Positions 27,737 to 39,546 of a DNA stretch of 64,000 nt are shown here, in pieces. Every line of letters begins with the position of its first letter. Positions within the stretch are counted from its first letter, which is position 1. The position numbers and the translations under genes were made by a program. Origin of the DNA: Planctomycetota bacterium (lineage in GTDB: Bacteria > Planctomycetota > MHYJ01 > WSZJ01); the NCBI GenBank assembly GCA_038060895.1, contig JBBTCT010000029.1, positions 1 through 64,000 on the forward strand. Reading direction: 5' to 3'. Below the pieces are notes generated by a model. That model saw nothing but the letters and a program-made list of their open reading frames with translations. It made no database searches and was not told where the DNA came from.

Positions 27737-30700
27737 ATGCCCCAGGACCCTTCCAAGATCATTCCCCGCACCGACGCAACGCTTCCGATGCCGTCCGAGC
27801 TGGCGCGCGAGGGCGGAGGCGAACGCTTCGGAAAATTCCAGCTGTCCAAGCGCCTGGGAGCGGGCGTCTCGCACGACCTGTGGCAGGCGTGGGACCCGGA
27901 GAAGCAGGCGTGGCTTGCGCTGCGGGTGTGGCCGCGGCCGGCTCCGGGTGCGAAGGAACTGGTGCTCGCCGCGGGCAAGAAGGCGCGCGCGGCCGCCGAT
28001 CCGCGGATCGTCCCGCCGGCAGGGGGCGGGCTCGAGGCCGGCCAGCTCTGGTACGCGCGTCCGTACTTCGAAGCTCTTCCCGTCAAGGACCTCCCGTGGC
28101 AGGACGGCCGGACGCTGGCGAGGGTAGCGAAGGAGTGTGCGGAAGCGCTGGCGGGGGCGCATGAGAAGGGGCTGGTGCACGGGCGGGTGACGGCCGGAAA
28201 CGTACTTGTAAGCAGCCGGAAGGAGAATGCGGACGAAGTCCGCCGAGGCCCGAAGGGCGAAGGCGGATGGGTGCACGAGGTGAAGGTGACGGAGTTCGGG
28301 CTGGAAGAGGGGGACGCGGCTGGAGATGCGCGCGGGCTCGGGCGGGTTTTCTGCGAGCTCACGGGCCAGCCGGCGCCGGGAGGCGGGCCGACGACGAAGG
28401 CGGCGCCGGGGACTTCGGGGGACACGACGAGCGTGTCGCAGGTGAAGGGCGACACGACGAGAGATGCGAGCAGCGAGGGGAGGATCGTGATCGACGGCGC
28501 GCTGGCCGGGATTTTTCTGCGCGCTCGGGACGGGCAGCTCGACGCAGCGGCCATCGCGGCAGAGCTGGGTGCATGGCTCGACCGGAAGCCTGCGGCGCCG
28601 AAGCGAAGGGGCGCGGTTATCGCGGTCGCCGTGGCCATCACGGTGGTGGTGGTCACCGTCGTTGCCATTGCGTTCAAGAGCAAGGGCGGTCCGACCGGCG
28701 CCGGCGAGGCGCTGGCCGAATCCGCGCGCGCCGAAGCGGAGGGCAGACTCGAGGCGGCGCTGGAGCGCGCACGGGCGGCGGCCGCAGCCGACCCGAAGGA
28801 TGCGCGGGTGGCGGATGCGGTCAGACGTCTGGAGGCTGCGGTGGCCGCGCGCGACGCGCTGCTGTCGGGGGCCCGCAGCACGGCGGACGCCGCGCTGGAG
28901 GCCGACAAGCGTCTCAAGGAAGCCCGTCTTGCCCTGCGTGGGGCCCAGGAGGCGGCCAGCGCGCCTCAACCCGTCCGCGCCACGGTGGACAAGCCGCTTT
29001 CAGCGGCGCTGGCCGCGATCGAGGCCGTGCTTCGCGTGAGACCCGGGGACGCCTCCGCGCTGCGGCTGCTCGAAGACGCAGCGACCCTCTTCGAGCCCGG
29101 CGACCTTTCCCGCCTGCCGCGCGACGCGGAGGGCCGGCCGATCATGACGCCCCTGCTCGTGATCCGCGCGGACCTGTCTTCCTGGATCTTCTCGTGCTGG
29201 GGACCGCGCGGACTCGGTCGCGCGCGCCCCGATCGTCCCGAGGCTTCCTACCGGATTTCCCTGTTCCCGGCGCCCAGCTCTCCCGCCGGGACGCCCACGA
29301 CACCGCTTCCGGCTCCAGACCCCGCCGCTCCCGGCCGTGTGGCAAGACTGCTCGCGGACGGACCGCCCCGCGCGGGTGAACCGGCGCTGGCCGCCGCGTG
29401 GCGCGGCGCCGTGCGCGCTCTGCTTGCCATCGACGACGGCGGCGCCCTGACGGCCGCGCGAAGCGTCGCCTGGGCGGCAGACGACCCATTGGCCGCCGAC
29501 ATGGAGTGGATTCTCGGGTCTGCTGATCCGCGCCGATGCAGGGAGCAATGGAGCCGCGCTCGCGCGGCCCGTCCGTGGGACCCGATGTTCCTCCTTTCCT
29601 GCTGGGTCGAACGCCGGTCCGAGGGTGAGCACGAGGAGGCTCTCGCCATCGCAAAGAACGCGGTCGCGCTCTTTCCTGGATCCATCGACCTCCTCACGGC
29701 GCGGGCCTGGAGCTACAGCTACACCTACCGCTATGACGAGGCACTCGCCGACGTCGCCGCCGCGAACCAGGATCCCGCCGCACACCTCGTCGCCGCCCTG
29801 GTCTACTTCGGACAGCGGAAACAGAAAGAGTGCGAGGCCGCGTGCAGCGACGCGCTTCGCATGGACCCCCAGATGGTGCTCGCGCTGGTCTACCGCGCCG
29901 AAGTGCGACAGCGCAGGCGAGACCCCAAGGGCGCGCTGGAGGACGCCGAGGCCGCCGTCCAGATGGATCCGGGCCGCGTCGATGCGATCCAGGTCCGCGC
30001 GTATGCCCGCTCGTCCCTCGGCGACCGGTCCGGCGCCATGGCCGACTGCGAGCGATCCATCGTCCTGTCGCCCTACGACGCGGAGTCGTACCGGATCCGC
30101 GGCTGGGTCCACGTCCACTCCGGCGAGTACGAAGAAGGGATCAAGGACGCCGATATTGCTCTCAAGATGGGAGGGCGGGATTCGCAGACCCTGGCCCTGC
30201 GCGCCATGGCCAAATTGAGCCTCGGCCGCGATGCCGAAGCCGTTGCCGATGCCGAAGAGGCGCTTCAGATCAACAGCATGGAAGCGAAAGCCGAAGTCGT
30301 CCTGGGGACTGCGTGCCTCCGTCGCGCGAAGCAGGCCGAGGCGACGGAGCACTGCGGCCGTGCGCTTCGAATTTCTCCCGGGCTACCGGAAGCGCTTCGC
30401 CTGCGTGCGCTGATCAGCGCCTCCCACGATGCGAAGCAGGAGGCGATAGCGGACGCGACCGAGGTGCTCGAGGCCTGGCCGAAAGACGTGGGGATGCTGC
30501 TGGTGCGGGCCCGCGCGCGGCTCGGGACGGGCCAGCTCTCCGGGGCGATGGAGGATTGCGAGGCGATCCTCGAGGTGAACCCCCGGATGGTCGATGCCCT
30601 CATCGCCCGCGCCAGGATCAAAGGTGCGATGAGGGCGACCGGCGTGGCGATCGAAGAAGGAGCCGTCATTGCGGACCTGGACCGGGCCCTGGCGCTCGAG

Positions 30701-31171
30701 CCGAAGAACCTCGAGGCGCTGATCGCGAAGGCCGCCCAGCTGTCGCTTGCCGGCCGCAATCGCGAGGCGGCCGAAACGATGACGAAAACGCTCGACGCCA
30801 GCCCGGGCGCCGTCGAGTTGCTGGTTCTGCGAGCCGGGTACCGCGAACTCGCAGGAGACGTCGAGGGCGCGATGGCGGACGCAGAGACGCTGATCCGCGA
30901 CGCGCCCAGGAGTTCCGAGGGTTACTACCGGCGGTCGAGCCTGATGATGAAAAAGGGAGACCTGGAAGCTGCGTTGCTCGATGCCGTCGATGGAACCCGG
31001 GCGGAGCCGCGGAACGCCCGGATCTGGCGGCAGCTGGGAGACGTTTACCGCGCCAAGAACCAGAAGGAGCGCGCGATCGAAGCCTACGAGCAGGTCGTGC
31101 GGATGACCGCCGCTGGCGACGCGGAGAGGGCCGCGGCGGAAACGGCGATCGTGAAACTGAAAGCGAAGTAA
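27737..31171 (+). CDS. Degenerate kinase domain, TM segment and extensive TPR region
   Basis: Kinase-like N-lobe with [12 protein letters not shown] and EFG; hydrophobic segment; many TPR motifs. Confidence 0.85.
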   Translation: MPQDPSKIIPRTDATLPMPSELAREGGGERFGKFQLSKRLGAGVSHDLWQAWDPEKQAWLALRVWPRPAPGAKELVLAAGKKARAAADPRIVPPAGGGLEAGQLWYARPYFEALPVKDLPWQDGRTLARVAKECAEALAGAHEKGLVHGRVTAGNVLVSSRKENADEVRRGPKGEGGWVHEVKVTEFGLEEGDAAGDARGLGRVFCELTGQPAPGGGPTTKAAPGTSGDTTSVSQVKGDTTRDASSEGRIVIDGALAGIFLRARDGQLDAAAIAAELGAWLDRKPAAPKRRGAVIAVAVAITVVVVTVVAIAFKSKGGPTGAGEALAESARAEAEGRLEAALERARAAAAADPKDARVADAVRRLEAAVAARDALLSGARSTADAALEADKRLKEARLALRGAQEAASAPQPVRATVDKPLSAALAAIEAVLRVRPGDASALRLLEDAATLFEPGDLSRLPRDAEGRPIMTPLLVIRADLSSWIFSCWGPRGLGRARPDRPEASYRISLFPAPSSPAGTPTTPLPAPDPAAPGRVARLLADGPPRAGEPALAAAWRGAVRALLAIDDGGALTAARSVAWAADDPLAADMEWILGSADPRRCREQWSRARAARPWDPMFLLSCWVERRSEGEHEEALAIAKNAVALFPGSIDLLTARAWSYSYTYRYDEALADVAAANQDPAAHLVAALVYFGQRKQKECEAACSDALRMDPQMVLALVYRAEVRQRRRDPKGALEDAEAAVQMDPGRVDAIQVRAYARSSLGDRSGAMADCERSIVLSPYDAESYRIRGWVHVHSGEYEEGIKDADIALKMGGRDSQTLALRAMAKLSLGRDAEAVADAEEALQINSMEAKAEVVLGTACLRRAKQAEATEHCGRALRISPGLPEALRLRALISASHDAKQEAIADATEVLEAWPKDVGMLLVRARARLGTGQLSGAMEDCEAILEVNPRMVDALIARARIKGAMRATGVAIEEGAVIADLDRALALEPKNLEALIAKAAQLSLAGRNREAAETMTKTLDASPGAVELLVLRAGYRELAGDVEGAMADAETLIRDAPRSSEGYYRRSSLMMKKGDLEAALLDAVDGTRAEPRNARIWRQLGDVYRAKNQKERAIEAYEQVVRMTAAGDAERAAAETAIVKLKAK

Positions 31172-31343
31172 GGGACGACCTGCCGGATTGGCGGCAATCG
31201 CTTTCGGGAGAGTCTCCCGTGTTTCGTCCTTACCCTCTTGCAATTCGACACTTGCGCTCGTTCGGCCGGGATGGGCCCGACGCTTGCGGCATCCCGCGCA
31301 CCCCGCTACATTGACCGCTTCCTCCATTCGGCCCCCGCACACC

Positions 31344-34097
31344 ATGAGCCTGTCCTTCGAATCCTTCGCCAACTGGATCAACAAGTTCCTCTCGCGGCTC
31401 TTCGGGTCGCACAACCAGCGGGTGATCAAGAAGGTCCTGCCGATCGTCGAGCGCGTCAACGAACTCGAGAAGAAGTACCGGGCGCTTCCCGACGCCGCGT
31501 TCCCGAAAATGGCGGCGGAATTCCGGGCGCGCCTGAAGAAGCACGACACCCTTGACGACATCCTGCCCGAGGTTTTCGCGGCGACGCGCGAGGCGAGCCG
31601 GCGATCGATCGGGCTGCGCCACTACGACGTGCAGCTCATCGGCGGATGGGCGCTTCATAATCACATGATCTCGGAGATGGTGACGGGCGAAGGCAAGACG
31701 CTGGTTGCGACGACGGCGGCGGCGCTCAACGCGCTGGAGGGAAACGGCGTCCACCTCATCACGGTGAACGACTATCTCGCGCGGCGCGACGCGCAGTGGA
31801 TGGGGCCGGTCTACGAGATGCTGGGCCTCACCCTCGGGATCATCCAGCACGATTACCAGGAGGCCTACCGCTTCGACTCGAGCTTCAACAACGACCCCGA
31901 GAACAAGATGCGGTGCCTGCGCCCGTGCACGCGCAAGGAGGCGTACGGGGCGGACATCACGTACGGGACGAACAACAACTACGGTTTCGACTACCTGCGC
32001 GACAACATGAAGTCGAGCAGCGAGCAGCAGGTGCAGCGGTACATCAAGGTCGAAGTGGACGGCGAAATCGTCCGGCGGATGGCGTTTGCGATCATCGACG
32101 AAGCGGACAACATCCTGATCGACGAAGCGCGGACGCCGCTGATCATCAGCGGGTCGGCGGAGGAGAGCGCGGAGAAGTATGCGCAGGCGGACCGGGTGTC
32201 GCGGCGGCTGGAAGCGGGCGTCGATTACGAGGTGAAGGAGAAGGAGCACCTCGTGATGCTGACGGAGGCGGGGATTGAGAAGGCGCAGCGGCTGCTGGGC
32301 GTCGAGGACTTCTACACGGGCGACAACCTGGAGTGGCCGCACCTGCTCGAGCAGGCGCTGAAGGCGCACAACCTGTACCGCGTGGACAAGGAGTACGTCG
32401 TCAAGGAAGGTGAAGTCATCATCGTCGACGAATTCACCGGCCGCATGATGCCGGGGCGGCGGTGGAGCGACGGGCTGCACCAGGCCGTCGAGGCGAAGGA
32501 AGGGATCCGTATCCGCGAGGAGTCGCAGACGCTCGCGACGATCACTCTTCAGAATTATTTCAAGCTCTACAAGAAGCTCGCAGGCATGACGGGGACGGCG
32601 AGCACGGAGGCGATGGAGCTCGACAAGATTTACGCGCTGCAGGTGCTGACCATCCCGACGAACCGTCCGCTGATCCGCAACAACATGCCGGACATCGTCT
32701 ACCGGACGAAGAAGGAAAAGTGGGACGCGGTGATCGAGGAGATCTGCCGCATTCACGAGACGGGGCGGCCGATCCTGGTCGGGACGACGTCGATCGAGAA
32801 CAGCGAGATCGTGGCGACGATGCTGAAGAAGCGGGGCGTGAGGCACGAGGTGCTGAACGCGAAGTTCCACGAGAAGGAAGCGCAGATCATTTCGCGCGCG
32901 GGGTACCGCGACACGGTGACGATCGCGACGAACATGGCGGGCCGGGGCACGGACATCATCCTGGAGAAGGGTGTCGCCGAGATCGGCGGCCTGCACGTGC
33001 TCGGCACGGAGCGCCACGAGGCGCGCCGCATCGACAACCAGCTCCGCGGCCGCTGCGGCCGCCAGGGCGACCCGGGGTCGAGCCAGTTCTACCTCGCGCT
33101 CGAGGACGACCTCATGCGCGTCTTCGCTCCCGAGTGGGTGTCCGCCGTCCTCCTCAGGCTCGGCATGACCGAGGGCGAGCCGATCGAAAGCACGATGGTT
33201 TCCAACGCGATCGGCCGCGCGCAGAAGAAAATGGAAGACCGGAACTTCGAGATCCGCAAGAACCTCGTCGAATACGACAAGGTCATGAACGAGCAGCGCC
33301 ACATCATCTACGGGCAGCGCCAGGACATCCTCGAAGGGAAGGACATGCGGGCGCAGATCGTCGAAATGTTCGACGAACGCGTCAGCGAAGTCATGGACCG
33401 CTTCCTCCCGACGGGCTCCAAGGAAGAGTGGGACTGGAAAGCGCTGGGCGAATTCCTGAAGACGCGGTTTGAGGTCCCCGAGATCCCCGAGAAGCTCTCC
33501 GAGAGCCCGGATCACGTTGTGAAGGAGGAGCTGACGAAGCGCGTGATGGCGGTGTACGAGGCGAAGGAGAAGGAGATCGGCGCGGACAACATGCGGCAGC
33601 TCGAGCGGTACCTGCTGCTGATGAAAATCGACGAGAAGTGGAAGGATCATCTGCACAACATGGACCAGCTGCGGAGCGGCATCGGGCTGCGGTCGTATGC
33701 GCAGATGGACCCGAAGATCGCCTACAAGAAGGAAGGGTACGAGCAGTTCGAGGGGATGCTGGGCTCGATCAAGGAAGAGGTGACGGACCTGATCCTCAAG
33801 GTGCAGATCAAGAAGGAGGAGCAGGAGCGGCTGCTGGAGAAGGAGCGGTACAAGGTCACGAGCGAATCGAAGGCGGACGCGACGAACGCGGCGGTGCGGA
33901 CGGAGCAGGCGGGAGGCGAAGGACCGCCGCCGGACGAGAAGGCAAAGCCGTTCGTGGCGAGCGGGCCGAAGGTCGGGCGGAACGATCCGTGCCCGTGCGG
34001 GAGCGGGAAGAAGTACAAGAAGTGCCACGGGAAGAAAGCGGCGCCTGTGGGGGGCGGGGAAGGGAAGGAAGAAGATGAGGAGGAAGAGAAGGAGTAG
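31344..34097 (+). CDS. secA: Preprotein translocase subunit SecA
   Basis: [52 protein letters not shown] motif [17 protein letters not shown]. Confidence 0.98.
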   Translation: MSLSFESFANWINKFLSRLFGSHNQRVIKKVLPIVERVNELEKKYRALPDAAFPKMAAEFRARLKKHDTLDDILPEVFAATREASRRSIGLRHYDVQLIGGWALHNHMISEMVTGEGKTLVATTAAALNALEGNGVHLITVNDYLARRDAQWMGPVYEMLGLTLGIIQHDYQEAYRFDSSFNNDPENKMRCLRPCTRKEAYGADITYGTNNNYGFDYLRDNMKSSSEQQVQRYIKVEVDGEIVRRMAFAIIDEADNILIDEARTPLIISGSAEESAEKYAQADRVSRRLEAGVDYEVKEKEHLVMLTEAGIEKAQRLLGVEDFYTGDNLEWPHLLEQALKAHNLYRVDKEYVVKEGEVIIVDEFTGRMMPGRRWSDGLHQAVEAKEGIRIREESQTLATITLQNYFKLYKKLAGMTGTASTEAMELDKIYALQVLTIPTNRPLIRNNMPDIVYRTKKEKWDAVIEEICRIHETGRPILVGTTSIENSEIVATMLKKRGVRHEVLNAKFHEKEAQIISRAGYRDTVTIATNMAGRGTDIILEKGVAEIGGLHVLGTERHEARRIDNQLRGRCGRQGDPGSSQFYLALEDDLMRVFAPEWVSAVLLRLGMTEGEPIESTMVSNAIGRAQKKMEDRNFEIRKNLVEYDKVMNEQRHIIYGQRQDILEGKDMRAQIVEMFDERVSEVMDRFLPTGSKEEWDWKALGEFLKTRFEVPEIPEKLSESPDHVVKEELTKRVMAVYEAKEKEIGADNMRQLERYLLLMKIDEKWKDHLHNMDQLRSGIGLRSYAQMDPKIAYKKEGYEQFEGMLGSIKEEVTDLILKVQIKKEEQERLLEKERYKVTSESKADATNAAVRTEQAGGEGPPPDEKAKPFVASGPKVGRNDPCPCGSGKKYKKCHGKKAAPVGGGEGKEEDEEEEKE

Positions 34098-34134
34098 GGA
34101 AACGGCAGCGCGCGGCGTTCAAAGACTAATTTAC

Positions 34135-34166
34135 AATTTATAATTATAAATTTATAATTATAAATT
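34135..34166. repeat. Perfect 32-bp all-A/T palindrome
   Basis: AATTTATAATTATAAATTTATAATTATAAATT equals its own reverse complement. Confidence 0.95.
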
Positions 34167-34234
34167 AAGTACTTGATGTGCGGCCCCGGTTCTCCGGATT
34201 CGCCCTGCTCCCCGTTCGAGGTTTCTCCCGACCG

Positions 34235-35515
34235 GTGTTCGATCTCTTCTACCTGCTGGCTCTCCTCTTCACGGCGCCCTTCTGGATCGTGGCGCTACTC
34301 GTCTCCAGCCGCTGGCGCCGGCACCTCGGTGAGCGCCTGGGAGACGTCTCCCGGCGGGTGGGCGAGAAAAACTGCCTCTGGGTCCACGGCGCTTCGGTCG
34401 GCGAGATCCTCCTCGCCAAGGGCTTCATCGCAGCCTGGCGCAAAGCGCACCCGGACTGGGACGTGGTGGTGAGCGCGTTCACGCCGACGGGGCGCGAGAT
34501 TGCAAATAAAAACTTCGGTGATCTTGCGGTCATCCAGTGGCCGCTCGATCTCTCCTGGTGCGTCGCGCGCGCGCTTCGCCGCATCCGCCCCACCGCGGTC
34601 GCGCTCATTGAGCTCGAGGTCTGGCCCAACTTCGTCCGCGCCTGCCGCCGCCGCGGCGTCCCCGTCGTAGTGATCAACGGGCGGATCAGCGCCCGCAGCG
34701 CCCGCCGCTACGCGAAGCTCCCGATCAGCGGCGCGTTCCGGAGCGTCACCCGCTTCCTCGCCCAGAACGAGGAATACGCGGCGCGGGCGAAGGCCGCCGG
34801 CTTCGAGCCGGACCGCGTCTCGGTGACAGGTAACATGAAGCTCGACGGTCTTCCGGAAGCGCCGACCGCGGAGGTGAAGGCCGCGCTGGCGACGAAGCTC
34901 GGCATCGCGCCCGACGCCCCGATCCTGGTCGGCGGCAGCACTCACGATCCCGAGGAGCGGATCCTGCTGCACGCCTTCGAGGAACTGCGCGCCACGCGGC
35001 CCGAGCTCCGCCTCGTCCTCGTTCCCCGACATCCCGAGCGCGGCCCCGACGTCGCCACGATCGCCGCCGAGGCCGGCTTCGAGACGATCCGCAAGACGGA
35101 AATCGACGGCCTCAAGTCCCCACCCGCCGACGCCGTCGTCGTCGTCGACACCGTCGGCGACCTCCGCACCCTCTGGGGCCTCGCCACCGTCGCCTACGTC
35201 GGCGGCTCCCTCACTTCTCGCGGCGGCCAGAACATCATGGAGCCCGCCGCGATGGGCAAACCCGTGGTCTTCGGCCCGCACATGGAGAATTTCCGGGAGG
35301 CAGAAGCGCTTCTGAAGTCCTCGGAAGCCTGCGCCCAGGTTCCCGACGACAAGTCACTCCTGCCCGCGCTCGAAAAGCTATTCCGCGACAGCCCATCCGC
35401 CTCCGCGATGGGGGAGCGTGCGCGGGCCGCTCTTCAGGGAAAGTCCGGCGCCACGGCCCGGAACATCGCGGCGATTGAGGGCGTGCTCCAGGGCCGCCCG
35501 GCCGTAAGCGATTAG
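34235..35515 (+). CDS. waaA: 3-deoxy-D-manno-octulosonic acid (Kdo) transferase
   Basis: WVHGASVGE, ELEVWPN, NGRISARS, GSTHDPEE, VPRHPER, GGQNIMEPA. Alternative start at 34178. Confidence 0.93.
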   Translation: MFDLFYLLALLFTAPFWIVALLVSSRWRRHLGERLGDVSRRVGEKNCLWVHGASVGEILLAKGFIAAWRKAHPDWDVVVSAFTPTGREIANKNFGDLAVIQWPLDLSWCVARALRRIRPTAVALIELEVWPNFVRACRRRGVPVVVINGRISARSARRYAKLPISGAFRSVTRFLAQNEEYAARAKAAGFEPDRVSVTGNMKLDGLPEAPTAEVKAALATKLGIAPDAPILVGGSTHDPEERILLHAFEELRATRPELRLVLVPRHPERGPDVATIAAEAGFETIRKTEIDGLKSPPADAVVVVDTVGDLRTLWGLATVAYVGGSLTSRGGQNIMEPAAMGKPVVFGPHMENFREAEALLKSSEACAQVPDDKSLLPALEKLFRDSPSASAMGERARAALQGKSGATARNIAAIEGVLQGRPAVSD

Positions 35516-38500
35516 CGGCGGGAAGCGCAGGTCGGCCGGCCGCTGATCGCACGAAGCGTCCCGGCCCGGTCGGCCACCAGGATGTCCAGGACGCCGTCGG
35601 CGTCGAGGTCCCGAAGCACGGGCGTGGCGAGGCATCCTGCGTCTGGAAGGGCGTGGGACCACAGCCTCCGTCCCGTCTCGAGATCGAGAACCTCGACGGC
35701 GCCGGAGAGCGTCGCGACGACAACTTCGGGCCGGCCGTCCGCATCCAGGTCGCCGGTGGCGGCCGCCGCTTCTACTTCCGCCGTCAGGCTCCATGCGGAG
35801 GAGAGGCCGGGCCAGGTGAAGGCGGTCAGGCCGCGTTCTCCCCGCGGAACGAGAATCAGGGCGTGCCCGGGCGATGTCGAAGCGATCGTCGGGGCGCCAT
35901 GCCCGTCGCACTTCAACGAGAAGATGACGCTTCCGCTGCGCCCGTCGAGTCCAAGGAGTTCGCCATCGTCCGTCACGGCGACGACGTCGGCGGTGGCGTC
36001 GTCATTCAACGGGGCGAGAACCGGGGCACGGCGCGATCCGCTTCCCGATGCGCGTTCCCAAAGCACGGCGCCGTTGGTTCCGCGAAGGGCGCGCAGGGGT
36101 TGTCCATCGGCGGGAGCGACGAGGTCCGGGTGGCCATCGCCGTCGAGGTCGGCGCACGCCGCACCGCCCCAGCTCTGGCCGCCGAGGTCGCGTCGCCAGA
36201 GCACGGCCCCGGTCTTTCCCGAGAAGGCAACTTCGTCCGAGGCCAGCCGGCGATTGACGGCGAGGTCCGGGACGCCGTCGCCGTCCAGGTCGGCCACGAC
36301 CGGGACCGAGTACCCATCGGTATAGGGAGGCGCCGAACAATGCCGGCCGGCCGCGCCGTCGCGGGCCGCGAGGATCTGCAGCTCCATACTGTCGCGAAGC
36401 GCGGACTGCATCCAGGCCACGACCTCATCCTCGCCGTCGCGGTCGAGGTCCGCAACGGCCGCGGGAAAGTTGGGCGGGGAACTTCGCGCGGCGGACCACA
36501 AGACGTCGCCGGTGCAGGCGTCGAACGCGCGAAGGCTGGCCGCTTCGCCCCAGTCGCCGTTCTGGACGACGACCTGGCGCCCGTCGCGCAAGCGCGCCAC
36601 GACAGGAGGGGCAAGCAGGGGACCCATTGCCGTTGCGCGCCAGAGGACGCGCGGCGTCCGTGCGACCCCGATGAACGACGATCCCCTCGCGAAGACGATC
36701 CGCGATTCTTCGCCCGTTCCGAGCAGGGCCAGGGGCAACGGCGAGCCCTTGAGCCGAAGCGTCCAGGCGGGCTTTCCGTCCGCGGAGAGGCAGCGGAGTC
36801 CGTCGCCCGCTCCGCCTGCCAGTACTTCCGGTGAACCATCGCGATCGAGGTCGCCCGCGAGGACCTTCGCGAACGTTCCCTTCACTCTCCAGCGCGTGTG
36901 GCCGTCCGCGACGTTCACGCAACGGATGCCCTCGGGAGAGAGCAGGAGAAGCGATCGACCGGGGCCGACGCAATGGTCAAGCCATCCGCCGTCGGGGAGC
37001 TCCCAGAGAGCTTTTCCGTCCGAGGGGTTGAGCGCTGCGAACCGCTTCTCCGAGATCCCGCAGAGCAGGTCGCAGAGGCCATCTCCGTCGAGGTCCACGG
37101 CCCAGGGGAGAAGGTTCGCGGCCGGGAGCGGGATGCGGAAACGCGTGGCGCCGGTGATGCCGTCGATGAGTTCCCACGCATCGGACGTCGCGGCGAGCAG
37201 GCAGGGAAGCCCTGACTTGTCCACGACGACCGGGGAGACCTGTTCGAAAGACCCTGCCCGGAACCATCGCCGGTTCTGTTGGGCCAGGGAAACCGCGCCG
37301 AGGAGGTGCGGGCCGGGCTCAAGCTCTCCCTCGTGAGTGGTTCCCGCAAATACGGCGATGGCGCCGCAGGCCCGAACGACCTGGATCGAGAGCTTCGGGT
37401 CTCCCAGCTCGACGGAAGGCCCGGCCTGGCCCGTGACGGCGTTCAGGATCCAGAGTTTCCCGCCCCGCCCGCCCGCGATCACTTCCCGGACGCCGTCCCC
37501 GTCGAGGTCCTCGCAGGGATCGATTCTTGCGGCCCGCGCGCCCTGCCGCGTCGCGCCGGGCTCCTTCCATACGACGGTCTTTCGCGTTTCCCAGCCGTCC
37601 GACAGGCCCAGAAAAATGACGCCCAGCCCCGATGCCGAGTCCGACCGGCAGGTGAGAGCCTTCATTCCGCCCAGGTCCATGAGCTCAAGGTTCCACTGCG
37701 GCGTGTCGCTCACGGTCTCGCGGCGAAGCACCTTTCCCGAGGCCCCGGACAGGATCACGACAGCCGTCAGCTCTTCCATCGCGATGTCGTCCGCCCCGTC
37801 GCGATCGAGGTCCGGAAGCGAAACCACCCGGCACCCGGACTGGATCGCTTCATCACTCATTCGCCAGAGTTCGCCGTTGTCGAGCGCGAAGTCCGCGCGC
37901 GCCGTCTCACCGCGGAGGATTTCGACGGTGCGCCGCGCATCGAAGCTGCCGGGCGCGGATACTTCGAGCTCGTGCCGGCCCGTGTCGAGCGGAAGACGGT
38001 GGAGCCGGGCGCCGTAGTCCGTGCCGTCCACCTTGATCGCCGCGTCCGCCGGCGCCGCGGTGGCGTCGAGCACGCCCTGGTCGTGCTTGAGGTCGACGCG
38101 AATATCCTGAGCGGCACGACGGCGGACCAGGACCGGAATCACCTGCGACTCGTGCCCCGGTGCGTCGATCCGCAGCTCCTTGACCCCGGCCGCCAGGTCG
38201 ATGACCAGCGGCCCCTCTCCAGCCACCCAGGCTCTTCCGTCGATCCGGACCGTCGCTCCCGAAGGGGAGATCTTCATTCGAAGCGTTCCCGGCGACAGGG
38301 TCCAGGCGATGGCGAAAGCGCCGCCCGTGATGAGAAGAGCCACCGCGAGGGCTCCCAGGAACCAGGGAACCGGATGGCGCCGGATCTTCTTCTCGAGGAC
38401 ATACAGCGGCGTCCGGCGCCGCGCATGCCGGAGCGGTTCCCGCTTCAGGCACGCGTCCAGGTCCTCCAGAAGCGCCGGCACGTCCGGGTAGCGGCGAGCC

Positions 38501-39477
38501 GGGTCCTTCTCGAGGCACTTCAGGATGATCGCTTCGCAGTCCCGCGAAGCCCCGGGGTCCAGCTTGCGCGGCGCCAGGGGTTCGCGGTCCACCACCTGGA
38601 GAAGGATCTCGGCCGTGGTTTCGCCCACGAACGGCGGGCGGCCCGTGACGGTGTCGTAGAGCACGGCGCCGATGCCGTAAATGTCGCTTCGCGCGTCGCT
38701 TCGCCCCTGTGCCTGCTCCGGCGACATGAAGTTGGGCGTCCCCGCGACGATTCTTGATCCGCCCGGGATCGAATCGCCGACGTCCGTCGCTTTCGCCAGG
38801 CCGAAGTCGAGCACGTACGCGTGGCCCTGCGCATCGATCATGACGTTGGTCGGCTTCAGGTCGCGATGGATGATCCCGGCCGCGTGGGCCGCGCCGATGC
38901 CACGGGCCGCCTGCCTCACCCACTCCAGCACCCGCTCGCGACCCGCTCCCCGCGCCGCCGCTTCCAGCGTCCGGCCGTCGATGTACTGCATGGCGAGGAA
39001 GGGTCTCCCGTCGGCCTCGCCCACCTCGAAGACCTTGGCGATGTTCGGATGGTCCAGGCCCGCCGCCATCCCCGCCTCCCGCAGGAACCGCGCCCGCGCT
39101 TCGCCGCTCTCGAATTTCTTCGGAAGCTTCAGCGCGACCCATCGCCCCAGCCTCCCGTCCCACGCGCGGAACACTTCGCCCATGCCGCCTTCCCCCAGCT
39201 TCGCCAGGATCCAGTACGCCCCGCACCGATTCGCGGGGGCTTTCATCGCCGCGGCGACCTCGGCCGGAAGAGCGCGCGCCGACGGTGGGCGTAGATCGCG
39301 AAGCGCCTCCGGCGCGATCGGGAGGAATTCCGCGAGCCGTCGTCCCGTGCTCTTTTCCTGCTCGAGCATCGCGGCTTCGACCTGCTGCTCCGTCAGCAGC
39401 CCCGCTTCGACTGCGCGGCGAGCCAGGTCGAAGTCGGCGTCGAAGCCTGGTGGATCATCACGGCTGGTGGTGGACAT
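35512..39477 (-). CDS. Ser/Thr kinase with TM, PEGA domains and FG-GAP/PQQ-like propeller repeats
   Basis: GEGGMGEV, HRDLKPTN, DFG, MSPEQ; PEGA-like SPSGATVRIDG; many DLDGDG motifs. Confidence 0.9.
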   Translation of the reverse strand: MSTTSRDDPPGFDADFDLARRAVEAGLLTEQQVEAAMLEQEKSTGRRLAEFLPIAPEALRDLRPPSARALPAEVAAAMKAPANRCGAYWILAKLGEGGMGEVFRAWDGRLGRWVALKLPKKFESGEARARFLREAGMAAGLDHPNIAKVFEVGEADGRPFLAMQYIDGRTLEAAARGAGRERVLEWVRQAARGIGAAHAAGIIHRDLKPTNVMIDAQGHAYVLDFGLAKATDVGDSIPGGSRIVAGTPNFMSPEQAQGRSDARSDIYGIGAVLYDTVTGRPPFVGETTAEILLQVVDREPLAPRKLDPGASRDCEAIILKCLEKDPARRYPDVPALLEDLDACLKREPLRHARRRTPLYVLEKKIRRHPVPWFLGALAVALLITGGAFAIAWTLSPGTLRMKISPSGATVRIDGRAWVAGEGPLVIDLAAGVKELRIDAPGHESQVIPVLVRRRAAQDIRVDLKHDQGVLDATAAPADAAIKVDGTDYGARLHRLPLDTGRHELEVSAPGSFDARRTVEILRGETARADFALDNGELWRMSDEAIQSGCRVVSLPDLDRDGADDIAMEELTAVVILSGASGKVLRRETVSDTPQWNLELMDLGGMKALTCRSDSASGLGVIFLGLSDGWETRKTVVWKEPGATRQGARAARIDPCEDLDGDGVREVIAGGRGGKLWILNAVTGQAGPSVELGDPKLSIQVVRACGAIAVFAGTTHEGELEPGPHLLGAVSLAQQNRRWFRAGSFEQVSPVVVDKSGLPCLLAATSDAWELIDGITGATRFRIPLPAANLLPWAVDLDGDGLCDLLCGISEKRFAALNPSDGKALWELPDGGWLDHCVGPGRSLLLLSPEGIRCVNVADGHTRWRVKGTFAKVLAGDLDRDGSPEVLAGGAGDGLRCLSADGKPAWTLRLKGSPLPLALLGTGEESRIVFARGSSFIGVARTPRVLWRATAMGPLLAPPVVARLRDGRQVVVQNGDWGEAASLRAFDACTGDVLWSAARSSPPNFPAAVADLDRDGEDEVVAWMQSALRDSMELQILAARDGAAGRHCSAPPYTDGYSVPVVADLDGDGVPDLAVNRRLASDEVAFSGKTGAVLWRRDLGGQSWGGAACADLDGDGHPDLVAPADGQPLRALRGTNGAVLWERASGSGSRRAPVLAPLNDDATADVVAVTDDGELLGLDGRSGSVIFSLKCDGHGAPTIASTSPGHALILVPRGERGLTAFTWPGLSSAWSLTAEVEAAAATGDLDADGRPEVVVATLSGAVEVLDLETGRRLWSHALPDAGCLATPVLRDLDADGVLDILVADRAGTLRAISGRPTCASRR

Positions 39478-39546
39478 CGCGGAACATGCTACGCGGATCT
39501 CCGCGGTTTCCTCGCGAATCGGACACCCTGCCGCTAGCATCCGGCT

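Noticed and set aside
31230-34028. Very long antisense ORFs (also 6255-8288, 20542-21933, 43814-46534, 55762-57525)
   Set aside because: They are shadows of secA, fusA, rho, metK and the AAA gene. High-GC codon bias suppresses stops on the opposite strand, and they show no recognisable motifs.
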